Below the pieces are notes generated by a model that did not search any database, had not been told where the DNA came from, and was given only the letters and a program-made list of their open reading frames with translations. 64,000 nucleotides of DNA. Source: Flectonema sp. DT1601. Its lineage: Eukaryota. Position numbers and translations under genes: made by a program. Below, piece by piece: positions 53,903-64,000 of the stretch. The stretch is from assembly GCA_964019425.1 (NCBI GenBank), contig OZ025787.1, positions 1,240,001 through 1,304,000 of the forward strand, given 5' to 3'. Position 1 is the first letter of the stretch. Each line of letters opens with the position of its first letter.

Positions 53903-54723
53903 ATGCCTGGGCATGAGAGTGAAGCCCAAAGGGTTCCACCAGAAGGGTCATTAAAGGAACTTGGGAAGGATATTGTCCTCACTAAGAGAATGTTGCAACA
54001 CGCAACTCAGTTAGCACTTGCGGAAGACAATCAGCAGGCGGAGATGGAAAAGTGGAATTTGAGTCAGGTATGTATCTTACTCTTTGTAAATAATAATAAC
54101 ACAACCAGTAGTAGAAGTACAACAACAACAATCAGGTTGAGAAAGCAATGAAAGAGAAGAAACAATCTGAATCAAACTTATCAGATAATCCTGAAGAATA
54201 TATGAATCAACAGAGAGGTTGGTGGGATGCTCAACTAGCAGAGTGGTCAGGTAAACGACTCGAAGTAAAACATGAAATGGAACGGCGAGCTCTGGATCGA
54301 CTCCTTGCAACGCAAAATCCCGATCAGTTGTCGGAGCTGCAAGATCCTCATGCTGCAAAGCAATGGCTACAACTAATGGAGGCGAGTCTTCATCCTTTTA
54401 TATCTCAAGTTAATAAAGATGTTACTGCTCCTCCTGGACAAGTGTCTCCTCCGAGATCGGATACTCGAGTCCCAGTTCCTACCCAGGGTGAATGGGCACC
54501 ACGTGAAACTAAAAATGGTCTCTGGTCAACTCTACCAAAATCTACCGAACAGTTTGTTGAAACAAGAAAGCAAAACCTCCTCCGACCTGACTGGAGTAAA
54601 AGCTTCAGCAGTGGTAATGTCGGTGCCCAAGGTCAAAGTAAGGATCGTTATTGGGACACGACTCGGTCTGTTCAACCACCACGTCAACAGAAGTGGAGCG
54701 ACTCAACCAGAATATCACGGTGA
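53903..54723 (+). CDS. Hypothetical protein; exons 53903-54067, 54136-54723
   Basis: Two ORFs joined in frame by intron GTATGT...CAACAACAATCAG; T-tract-CAG upstream at 53865. Confidence 0.7.
54068..54135 (+). other. Spliceosomal cis intron (68 nt)
   Basis: GTATGT donor, AC-rich acceptor, phase 0. Confidence 0.8.
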
Positions 54724-55065
54724 ATAATGATAGAAAAAAAAAAGTTCTTTTTTTTTTTTTTTTTTTTGCCACACCAGTTCCGTTAATTATCTTATCAAAA
54801 TGAATTAAAAAAAAAAAAAATCCGAAAAAATAAATAAAATAAAATAAATATTCGTATTTCGTTAAAACGCGGCTTTAAGTTGCCTCATTTGATATGTTTT
54901 CGTGTTTCGATTTTATCATTATCAATGCCTAAAAGAGACATTCCTACGAGGTGTGTCCATACATCAGTTATTCCGTACATCGATAATATATCAGTTCTGA
55001 CTTTTTTTTTTGTACCGAAAATTACTCCGTTTAATAGGATTCTGTCTGCATTCAACGAATGGTTC

Positions 55066-55098
<33 letters not shown>

Positions 55099-55192
55099 GC
55101 ATTTAACAAAGTATTGTAAGAATGAAAAAGACTGTTGGTTCACGTAAACTTCTTTTAGCTTTATCAGTTTAAGTCGGTTCCCACAAACAAAC
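55099..55192 (-). mobile_element. Dispersed repeat family A, copy 4 (truncated)
   Basis: Long T run then GCATTTAACAAAGTATTGTAAGAATGAAAAAG...CACGTAAAC...TTAGCTTTATCAGTTTAAGTCGGTTC. Confidence 0.7.
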
Positions 55193-56520
55193 CTCATCGA
55201 ATTTTTCGGTTTTATAAAACACTTATTGTGTTGCGAAGTAAATTATTTCAGAGCTGTGCAGTCAAAATTCGTTTATTTTAGGTCTTCGATACGAGTTATG
55301 AAAAAACTTGTAAGTATATTTGTACCGTCCATGAATAAAGAAAATCGACCTGTCTTCGCGGCTGATAAAATTGAGCTAGCGCGCAATACCTTTTTTTTTT
55401 TTGTTTTTGTTTTTTTAAAAAAAAAAAAAAAAACATGTACGTTTTCTTTGTCATCTTTTCTTTTTGTAGATTTTTTTTTTTATTTTTAAAAAACTTAAAA
55501 AAAATTCCCTAAATCCCAATATTTGTGTTCGTGTGAAAAAATACATGTACACCCACCAAAAGACTACTTTCTTTGTTGCTATTCAGTACGGAAATCCTTA
55601 CATCGCCATGAGTCATACCGCACGCATAGTAAAGGCACAGGCCTTCGTTGGTACTGTTTGCTTAGATTTCTTTTTTTTTTTTTTTTGTTTGTTTGTTTGT
55701 TTACTTTCCCTCTTGTAGAATAGAATCATTTTGCGAAATTAAAAAAAAAAAAAAAAATATTATATGGGGGGGAAAAAAAAAAAAAAAAGAAAACCGAGTG
55801 AAGGGAGTTGTTAGTTATCTCATTTAGAAAACTAATTAAAACAAAAACAATTCTACAGCTTTTGTATTTAAGACTTTTGCTGTGATATTATTTTGTTTTT
55901 GGAAACCTTACTCGTCAAGTGAACATAAAAAACCCACCTGTCCTCACTACATGGGTTGTTAGCCACTTTTGTTTTTTTTTGATATTTAAAAAAAAAAAAA
56001 AATACACGTAAATTATGTATTTTTTCGCAGTTTGTTGTTGTTGTTTTTTTTTTTTTACAGCTTACTTGAGATAGCAGCAAATCATAAACTTTTACTTTTA
56101 AAAAAAAAAAAAAACTGTATGGTGTACTTAAAATTGTTAAAGGTTTTAAATTTTTTTTCTTCTTGTATTGTGACAAATAACAGTTATTTAGGGAAGACAA
56201 GTAATCCTCTTATGGGGAAAAAAAAAAAAAATAGTGAGTGGAAGAGGGGTTCTTTCGTGTCGCCTTACTCTATAAGTACCTCCCCCATTCCCCCCTTTTT
56301 TTCCCCTATCGATTGTTATCGCATTTGCGTTTAGTTATTCAGAGTAAAGAAATATATGGTTGGGACTCCGCCACTACACTTCTTTCAAATTTTTCTTTTT
56401 TTTTTGCTTCTTTCTCCAGGCTGAGATAGAGTTCGTATCGTTGTTGTCTGTGGGCAGATCTACATTCAGGACAAGTGATTACCAGAATAAACCATTATTT
56501 TATAACAGGTGGTGTTCTCA

Positions 56521-57621
56521 ATGCAAACTCCTCCACCAACTGTAGTGACAGCCAATAATGGAACAAGTGATAGTGACTCTGACAGCAACAGGATCAGACT
56601 TGGTCTTGTCTCTGCGCTAACAGTAACTCAACAAGCAGTTTGTTGTGATACCGAAAGTGATAAATCCACTGCATTAGTTCTTTATGGTGAAGCTATAAAA
56701 CAATTAGAAGAAATAATACCATTCATACCTCATGGTCATGCTGAAGTTCTCACGATGTATAGCAGTGTTTATACACATCGAATATCTGAGTTGAAGGATG
56801 AGTTGGCCAGGGAAGAGGCGAGGAATTCAAAATATTTAGTACCGGAGTTTGCGATTCAATTTAATGAGCATCCAGTTCCTCCAAACACGACGCCGGATGT
56901 TCCAGAAAACGGTGTGAGAAAACCATTTTGGTTAATGTCTTTGTTATCGACATCGTTACAGTCAGGGGCTTTTATTACACCAGATTTATACTTAACGAAG
57001 GAGGTTTGGGTTCAGAATGGAAGTCATTTAGTTGTGAAGGCGGTAACAGCAAAGACTCGTTACTGTGAAGTGTTGGTTGACTTGTTGGCACCTTTTCAGT
57101 CGATTGATCAAACTGATATTACTCTAGTTCAGAGAACATTGGATTACTTTTTAACAAACTCTGAAAAAGCTTGGAAAGTTTTACAAAAGGAGATTCCTAC
57201 GGCGGAGCAACACCACACTTCGGGAAGTCAGCAACAACAAAATCAACAAAAAGATCGAAAAGGAACTGTCAGCGCTGCTTCTCACAGAGCATGGAATGCG
57301 TTAAGAAGTCGAATGACTGATAACAGTAAGAAAACAGAACCAAGCGTTACATACAATTCTTACATCCCTTGGTTGGTATCTCTACTCGAGTCTTCACAAG
57401 CATTAGATCAGCTGATTACTTATTATGCTTCTCCGTACCTTGCGAATGAAGGAATTAGTCAACGATTAACAAAAATATCACATCACTTCTACTACACTAC
57501 TTGTTCGTTCGTACTCAAAGATGCCTTCACATTGCTTCACAGATCTATGAGAAAACAAAGAGAGTCATACTCTCGGTTGTTTCCAGCTCATTTCTTGCAA
57601 GAAGCCACAAAAACACTTTAA
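56521..57621 (+). CDS. MIT-domain-containing protein
   Basis: ALTVTQQAVCCD...ALVLYGEAIKQL...YTHRISEL (MIT-like); followed by PFWLM...GAFITPDLYLTKEVWVQ. Confidence 0.7.
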   Translation: MQTPPPTVVTANNGTSDSDSDSNRIRLGLVSALTVTQQAVCCDTESDKSTALVLYGEAIKQLEEIIPFIPHGHAEVLTMYSSVYTHRISELKDELAREEARNSKYLVPEFAIQFNEHPVPPNTTPDVPENGVRKPFWLMSLLSTSLQSGAFITPDLYLTKEVWVQNGSHLVVKAVTAKTRYCEVLVDLLAPFQSIDQTDITLVQRTLDYFLTNSEKAWKVLQKEIPTAEQHHTSGSQQQQNQQKDRKGTVSAASHRAWNALRSRMTDNSKKTEPSVTYNSYIPWLVSLLESSQALDQLITYYASPYLANEGISQRLTKISHHFYYTTCSFVLKDAFTLLHRSMRKQRESYSRLFPAHFLQEATKTL

Positions 57622-57803
57622 AAATTAGTTCTATTCAAATAGTTGTGAATTTATTTATATTTAGGTATTGTCTGTCTTTGGTTGGTCTTTATTTTTTTGG
57701 GAAGTTACAAAAAATAAATTAAAAGAGTCCACTCAACAGTAGTTAGAATGTGTATGATATTGTCCTTTATAGTTCTTTTTTTAAACAGACAAACGATACA
57801 AAA

Positions 57804-58859
57804 ATGATGTCAAGAGATGAAATAACAGCAATCAAACTTCGGATGCGGGAGGACATGACTATGGGAGAATCAAGACGAGAAGCAAGAGAATTCACAGCTT
57901 TATCAAAACTAATACCGGGATATGGTCTTGAAGGTTCATCACGTATAACATCATCAAAAAAACCGACTTGGTGCGATGAGAAACAAAGTGAACAGGTATT
58001 TATGAAATTAATTCACAACCTTATCAGACAAAAAGTTGAAGCACTGTTACCCACATTGGAAGAAGTATTAAAAGAAACGACGTATTCAAGTGGAAGAGAG
58101 ATGGCGTATTACACTGATTGGAAAACTAGAAGACAAGTTCAAGCTTTTACTTTACATGATGATTGTGTTGTTGATGAGTTATGGGATTCTGTTAGCACTC
58201 GATACCAATATGACTCTACATGGTTTGATAGAGATCAAATTAACATCCCAACATCATCAGTAAAACTAACGAGAAAAGACCTTTGCACTCTCAGAAACAA
58301 AACTTGGTTAAACGATGAAATTATAAACAGCTACATGACTCTCCTCTCTGACAGATCAGAAGCAATAAATGAATACCCCAGTACACATGCTGTATCCACA
58401 CATTGGTATACTAAATTAACATCGAGAGGATATAACTACGCTGCTGTTAAACGTTGGACTCGAAAGGTAGACGTTTTCAGTAAAGCAGCAATCTTAATAC
58501 CAATAAACGTTTCACATTCTCATTGGACTCTTTGTCATGTGGACATGGAAAAGCGTACAATAACGTACTATGATTCTCTTCAGGGATGTGGTAATTCAGT
58601 TCTTCAAAATGTCCATCGATGGCTCACAGAAGAACATCAAAGTCGTCATTCAGCACCTCTACCGACAGCATTCATGCTTATAAATTACGCTCCAGCACCT
58701 CAGCAAGAAAATGCACATGATTGTGGTGTTTTTACTTGTTGTGCAGCGAATTGTCTTTCTGCTCGCAGAGGGTTCTCATACGAGCAGAGTGACATGCCTT
58801 ACATAAGACGTCGAATGGTTCTTGAGCTTCTTCAGAATAGGGTTCCCATTCCTATTTAA
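57804..58859 (+). CDS. SUMO-specific protease, Ulp1/SENP (peptidase C48)
   Basis: WLNDEIINSYM, VKRWTRKVDVF, HWTL (His), YYDSL (Asp), QQENAHDCGVF (Gln/Cys). Confidence 0.93.
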   Translation: MMSRDEITAIKLRMREDMTMGESRREAREFTALSKLIPGYGLEGSSRITSSKKPTWCDEKQSEQVFMKLIHNLIRQKVEALLPTLEEVLKETTYSSGREMAYYTDWKTRRQVQAFTLHDDCVVDELWDSVSTRYQYDSTWFDRDQINIPTSSVKLTRKDLCTLRNKTWLNDEIINSYMTLLSDRSEAINEYPSTHAVSTHWYTKLTSRGYNYAAVKRWTRKVDVFSKAAILIPINVSHSHWTLCHVDMEKRTITYYDSLQGCGNSVLQNVHRWLTEEHQSRHSAPLPTAFMLINYAPAPQQENAHDCGVFTCCAANCLSARRGFSYEQSDMPYIRRRMVLELLQNRVPIPI

Positions 58860-59047
58860 AAAGGTTCTCATCTTTCCGTTAAATTTCATTATTTCGAATC
58901 GTTAGTGAATTCAAGGCTGTACAGTTTGCTTCATTTTTTTCAGAAAGCAAAATAATTTTGGAATCTTGACAAAGAAAGAGAGAGAGAGAGAGTTATTCTA
59001 ATATTTATATTATCTCACAGAACGTATCAATAAAGGAAATAACAACC

Positions 59048-61066
59048 ATGAGAAGAGTTTGGTCGATGTTGATGGTCATATCTGCGGTATTTGCACTAGA
59101 CTTGACTGTGGTTGAAAAATATCCTCCCGATGATTTGCAGCCGTTGGTTTTTTATAACGGATCGATTCTGTTTAAGGCTGACTCTGCTTTAGATCAAGTA
59201 CTGTATTCAGACCAGGGACTAACTCTAACTGAGTTGAGTGAATCCAGTGAAACAGATCCAGCTGAGGGAGAAATTGGATTGGTTCAAGTTGACTGTTCGA
59301 TTGTTAGTTTTCTTGTTGCGAAACTGGGAGGGATATTCGGTGATAAAGAAAGACTATTACTACTTTGCTCTGATGGATTAAAAATGAGTGATGGCGTTGA
59401 AGTAGAACTGATCACATATTTGCATGCTGGTAATATTTTCAGACCTCATTTCCTCGCAATGGTAAACGGCGTCGTTTACCTCATCCACGATAGCAACGTT
59501 TATTTCTTAGACCCACAAACTGGAAAACTTCTTCGGGCTATTACCGGTGGTCACACTGTCCGTCTTCCTAACTTTCTTAAGTATCCGGGTCTAATCAATG
59601 CTCGTTCACGATCATCACATAAATTCTTATTGACAGTTCTTCCACAAGCTGGAATATCAGTCCTGACTGATGATAAAGAAGACTCACTGTTATACCCTGA
59701 TTCATTGTGTAGTGTGTATAGTTTTACTCCAACTGCTGGGTTTAATGCATCAAACATATCAGCCTCGTTAACTTCGGGTAGTTATGGAACTGAAACGATG
59801 TTATTTAGTGCATTGCTTGACTTAGAATGTATGAAATTCAATCAGGAAAGTCTTTGTAAAATGAAAAGTTATTGGTGTTCTTGGGATGCATCAATACACA
59901 AGTGTATGCCTAATGAGTGTTTTGCCACTGCTATAAGTGGAGATGCTGCTGCTTTCTCTTTTAGACTTTATACATCGCCATTTGACAACAGAGATGCATA
60001 CGTCTCTGATAGCGGGGTTGTATTCTTTCCAATAGAAGGCCAGCAAATCAACAGCATGACTCGAACGTCAACAGGAGACATTATTTTCATCACTGAATCT
60101 TTCTCTGTTATTGGAGGTAAAGATCGACAGGTTATCAGAGGGCCTCCTGCTACATTCATCGACCACCTCGAACACATTATCGAAGTCTCAGTTTCTGCAA
60201 CTGACGCAGACTGGTATCTAATTCGATACGTCTACTCTTCGAAAGAACGCGTTTACTGTGCTGCGTTTCTTTCAAAGGGATTTAACAATAAATTCATTCC
60301 GATTGACGTTCCATTTTCGGTAAGTACATCTTCGTTTGGTATTCCTGGTACGGATGATTTGCTCCCACCGCAGGCGACATATGCTCATGGAAGAGTTTAT
60401 TTTTGGTTTCATTTGCCATCGCAGAGTTTTTCAGGAGAAAGTAAGAAAGAGCGATTGGAGTTATGGAGTAGCGGTGTTGTTGGTGGAGTCATGAGTAAGA
60501 AACCAATTTTACATTATACTGCTTGTGATGGTGTGTGTGACAGCAAGATTGGTTCTTCAATGCTTGTGTTGAAACAAATTGAATCGAAGTTAGTTGTGGT
60601 TCTACCAAGAGGAAGCAACTCTCCTGGAAAATATGAATTTTTCAGCATCCCTGAAAAACTAATAATCCGTGATATCATTGATCCTGACTACATGCATTGG
60701 TCAATATTCGCTGAAGGAATTTCTACTCTAATTATCATCCTCAGTGCTACTGCATGTGTTCGTACATCAAAAAAGATTGAAACAGAAGCTTATCTCAGTC
60801 CTGCTACCAAGCCATCCACAAAGGTTGAACTAAAACTAAAATCGTTCTATCAAAGAGCTCCGAACTTCACTGGTAAGGGTAAAACTGTTATGGATGAGCA
60901 ACTTGCTGCACATCCTGCGGGTACTGCTCAGCAAAAAGAAATTTGGGATAACATCCCAACTATAACTTCATTTCAAACAGAAGAATCTAGAATGAGATCC
61001 ATGCAAGAATTGTGGCAACGACAACAACGAATTAATAGTGGTAATCACTTGAATGCTTCCATTTGA
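59048..61066 (+). CDS. Type-I membrane protein, probable beta-propeller ectodomain with a small Cys-rich insert
   Basis: Signal peptide; LVFYNGSILF, MVNGVVYLI and RVYF...LELWSSG blade-like segments; C..C..CSW..C insert; hydrophobic IFAEGISTLIIILSATACV. Confidence 0.7.
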   Translation: MRRVWSMLMVISAVFALDLTVVEKYPPDDLQPLVFYNGSILFKADSALDQVLYSDQGLTLTELSESSETDPAEGEIGLVQVDCSIVSFLVAKLGGIFGDKERLLLLCSDGLKMSDGVEVELITYLHAGNIFRPHFLAMVNGVVYLIHDSNVYFLDPQTGKLLRAITGGHTVRLPNFLKYPGLINARSRSSHKFLLTVLPQAGISVLTDDKEDSLLYPDSLCSVYSFTPTAGFNASNISASLTSGSYGTETMLFSALLDLECMKFNQESLCKMKSYWCSWDASIHKCMPNECFATAISGDAAAFSFRLYTSPFDNRDAYVSDSGVVFFPIEGQQINSMTRTSTGDIIFITESFSVIGGKDRQVIRGPPATFIDHLEHIIEVSVSATDADWYLIRYVYSSKERVYCAAFLSKGFNNKFIPIDVPFSVSTSSFGIPGTDDLLPPQATYAHGRVYFWFHLPSQSFSGESKKERLELWSSGVVGGVMSKKPILHYTACDGVCDSKIGSSMLVLKQIESKLVVVLPRGSNSPGKYEFFSIPEKLIIRDIIDPDYMHWSIFAEGISTLIIILSATACVRTSKKIETEAYLSPATKPSTKVELKLKSFYQRAPNFTGKGKTVMDEQLAAHPAGTAQQKEIWDNIPTITSFQTEESRMRSMQELWQRQQRINSGNHLNASI

Positions 61067-61544
61067 GAAGTGAAATGGTTCTTACGAAACTAAAAAAAAA
61101 AAAAATAGAATAATTCGGACACCTTAACAGGTTTTCTTGTAAAAATGTTTTTGCTGTGATTTCATTTTTTTATGAAAATTTTTTGTTTTGTTACTTCTGC
61201 TATTGGAGTGGGTCATGCACACCGCAATACCATCGCGGTAGCAATATTCTGTATAGAAATTTTGCTTTGCATGTACATCATACGAACTAAGTGATACTCG
61301 CTAGTCACGGAACATCACTCTCTTGATTGTTCTTACAGTGATATGCCACGCAGTCCTTTGGTTTGTTTACAACATTTGTTTTGTTATTTACTTTGTGCTT
61401 GTTTGTTGTGATTTGTGGTGTAATAAAAATCAATACTCTTTACAGAAATTATCTAAACAATATAAAGTGTCGGGGTAGTTGAATATTTCTTATGTTTTAT
61501 CCCTAATAAGTTTATTCAATACTATTTCATCCCAAAAAGGTGAG

Positions 61545-63647
61545 ATGGCTGGATCTGTTAAAAAGATCCAGGTCGGATTCAGTTCACCTCCGTGCAGCCC
61601 CGCAGCTTCACCCAGAAACTCACCCCCAGCAAAGTACGAAATTATTGCTGCGGATGAACAGCCTAAGAAGCATGTGAAGGAGAAGGTTGTGCTGGCGGAG
61701 GGATGGAAACTCGACGATGGTCAAATTGATTGGTTGCGTGAAAACTTCGACAACCACGATATAAGTAAAACAGGAGCCTTATCCCAGTTTGAGATGGTCG
61801 AGTTATGGAAAGTACTATTTCCATATCGATCTGCTGAAGAAATCGCTGTAGAAACGGAGAAAATATTCTCCGACATCGATGCCGATCACGATGATGAAAT
61901 CACTTTCGATGAACTCTTCCGATATCTTTCAGAAGACGCTACAGATACGGAACTACTCTCCCGTCCAACCAAATGGAGAGCATGGATCTGGGCAGTTGTT
62001 GGAGACTATGCTGGTTATTATGATATATTCTGGTTAAGCACTTCTAGTAGAGGAATGTCATTAATAACACAACTTGCGATTATTGCCTCAATAGTAAACA
62101 TGATGATTGAATCTCTCCCTCAATACCAAAACGAAGGTGCTGAGCCGGGAAATGTTGTCACGGTATGATACACGTTTTTTTTTTTTACTACACTGTTGTT
62201 TACACAACCGTACTAAATCCTAGTAAGGAATGATAGGTTAGTTACGCCGCCGCAATTCTCTTTCTACTGAACAACTTTTGTAGGTACAAAACAACAATAA
62301 AATATCTGAATAAAAAAATCACAGAGAAACGTTGAGGCCACGTGCATATACATCTTCACATTCGAATTCATAATGCGCACCCTGAGTTACCCGGGAAGTA
62401 ATCTAAAGTACATAGCCCTAGCATCGACTTGGGTCGATATTGCTTCTATTTTACCATTTTATTTAATGAAGGTTTGTTTATTTTGTTTTTTTTCCCCTCT
62501 TTTTTTTTTTTGTTGTGTTTTTCAACTTACGTCGATCAAAAAAAAAAAAAAACACACACAGCTTGGTGTCTTCGCGGAAGACAACGGTTCCAGGGGTCTG
62601 GTCGCGTTGAAGTTATTTAAGACTGCTAGACCTTTATTGAGAGCGTTTCGATATGCGAGAGTCATTCGGGTATTAAAACTCGGTAGAAGAAGTGCAGGGG
62701 TTCAGCTAATGCTGACAGCAATAATGAGAGCACGTGGATCAATGTCGTGGTTGTGTGTTTTTACGTTGATGGCGATGTCAATGTCTTCTGCTTTGCTATT
62801 TTATGCTGAAAAAGACGACGCATATTTCTCGTATCCTGACCAGGCGTGGTATCGCGAAGAGAACAGCTCTCTACCAGATGCAGGTCAGAAAGTCTTTTTT
62901 CAATCAATCCCGGACACCCTTTGGTGGGCATTGGTCACATTAACGACAACTGGTTACGGCGATTCTTACCCAGTCACAGCTGGTGGTAAGTTGGTAGCAG
63001 GTTTAACGATGATGACGGGTTTACTAGTGGTAGGATATCCGATTACTATTTTAACAACTGTCTTTCAAGAAGTCCATCATGAACATCTTGAAAAACAAGC
63101 AGCCACTCGTAGAAAGCATCTTCTAAAATCAAAGCTTCGACGAACTCAATTATTTAAAACTGACAAGGCCCTTTCAACTGACGGTAGTTCTTTCACTGAT
63201 TTAGATCGACAGCGTAGGAGATCAACGTTAATTATTGCCGAGGCAATCCAAACAAAGATAAATGTTCCGGATAATGAAGACAGCAGCAGTGATGATGCAT
63301 CTGTTACAGGTTCAAGTTTTCTAAGTGAAACTACTAATAGATTAAACCCTTTTAATGAACGAGGTGTATCTCCACGAAGTCCGTCAAGCATATCTCACAT
63401 GAGATTGACTCCGAGAGTTCGACTGGCTAGTCGACATTCAGTTGTCGCAACATCAATAAATCAAATGGACCATCAGGCTGATTTGGTACCACTAGCTGTT
63501 GTAGAGCAAATGATTAGCGGAATGGAGAAGGTTATAATAACGCGATTAACAACTTTAGATAATGCAATTAGTGAGATTCGTAGAGACCTTGATAACCTTT
63601 TGGACAAAGAAGGCTCATGTCCTCCATCCCCACCACCGAGTGATTAG
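61545..63647 (+). CDS. Voltage-gated K+ channel (6TM) with N-terminal EF-hand pair; exons 61545-62162, 62325-62471, 62562-63647
   Basis: EF loops DISKTGALSQFE and DADHDDEITFDE; S2 VEATCIYIFTFEFIMR; S3 WVDIASILPFY; S4 RAFRYARVIRVLKLGR; pore WWALVTLTTTGYGD. Confidence 0.9.
62163..62324 (+). other. Spliceosomal cis intron (162 nt)
   Basis: GTATGA...AAAAAAATCACAG; removal restores S1-S2 continuity. Confidence 0.8.
62472..62561 (+). other. Spliceosomal cis intron (90 nt, in frame, no stop)
   Basis: GTTTGT, T-rich 5' half, A run, CACACACAG; translation gives low-complexity F/K junk between S3 and S4. Confidence 0.8.
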
Positions 63648-64000
63648 CTATACTTGTAGCCATATTCTTTTATGTTTTTACACGCTGGATATTTTATTTC
63701 TATGTTTGTTTGTTTCTGCATTCAATTATAGAATTCAATTTTTTTTTTTTTTTTTTTCAAGTGCAACACATTTATACTTCTATATCTTAGTGATGAGTAT
63801 TTTGTTCACAGCTTGTCGATTGCTTCTGACTTTACTATTTGGATTCGTACCACACTCAGTTGGGGTGTCTTTGTTCGTGTTTTCACACACAAAGGCTCCC
63901 TATCAGTTTTTTACGGAAAATATTGCAGCTTACGCTGGTACAGATGTATCTGGTTTTTAAAAAAATAGATCAATCTTAGGTTTGTAGTGCTCCCATCAAT

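Noticed and set aside
50263..56545. Many 60-140 aa F/K-rich ORFs in intergenic regions
   Set aside because: Produced by homopolymer runs, mostly non-ATG starts, no domain signal
62281..62290. TAG|GTAC inside the channel intron as a recursive splice site or micro-exon boundary
   Set aside because: The donor does not fit the GT[A/T]TG consensus, and the single 162-nt intron already restores the frame
63790..63829. GTGATGA...CTGA as a C/D snoRNA
   Set aside because: Boxes only about 40 nt apart, with no terminal stem or recognisable guide
1..64000. CRISPR arrays, rRNA/tRNA genes, prokaryotic operon signals, alternative genetic code or selenocysteine read-through
   Set aside because: No regularly spaced repeats or structural RNA genes recognised; ORF breaks are explained by introns, and TAA/TAG/TGA all act as ordinary stops

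Overview
AT-rich eukaryotic nuclear DNA, most likely a euglenozoan and probably diplonemid-like (inference). I read 24 protein-coding genes, all on the + strand, as in a directional polycistronic cluster. Many have a U-rich tract plus AG just upstream of the start codon (putative SL trans-splice acceptor). Twelve mostly short GT-AG cis introns can be reconstructed by joining reading frames; their donors are GT[A/T]TG and their 3' ends are A/C-rich with no polypyrimidine tract. Genes include: RIIa/IQ protein, SMYD-type SET methyltransferase, giant EGF/LamG-like receptor, CIPK/SNF1-like kinase with four internal EF-hand-like motifs, BART-domain protein, serine carboxypeptidase S10, membrane multicopper oxidase, BBE-like flavoprotein, NRPS-like adenylation-PCP-ankyrin protein, Apd1/Aim32-type ferredoxin, HAT1-like acetyltransferase, myosin, 8xFAS1 protein, SPRING1, MIT protein, Ulp1/SENP protease and an EF-hand voltage-gated K+ channel. 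Non-coding DNA holds a four-copy SINE-like repeat, a TIR-bounded MITE-like element, a repeat carrying a degenerate hammerhead ribozyme, and a GC-rich structured element inside the long kinase intron. All calls were made by eye; no database searches were run.
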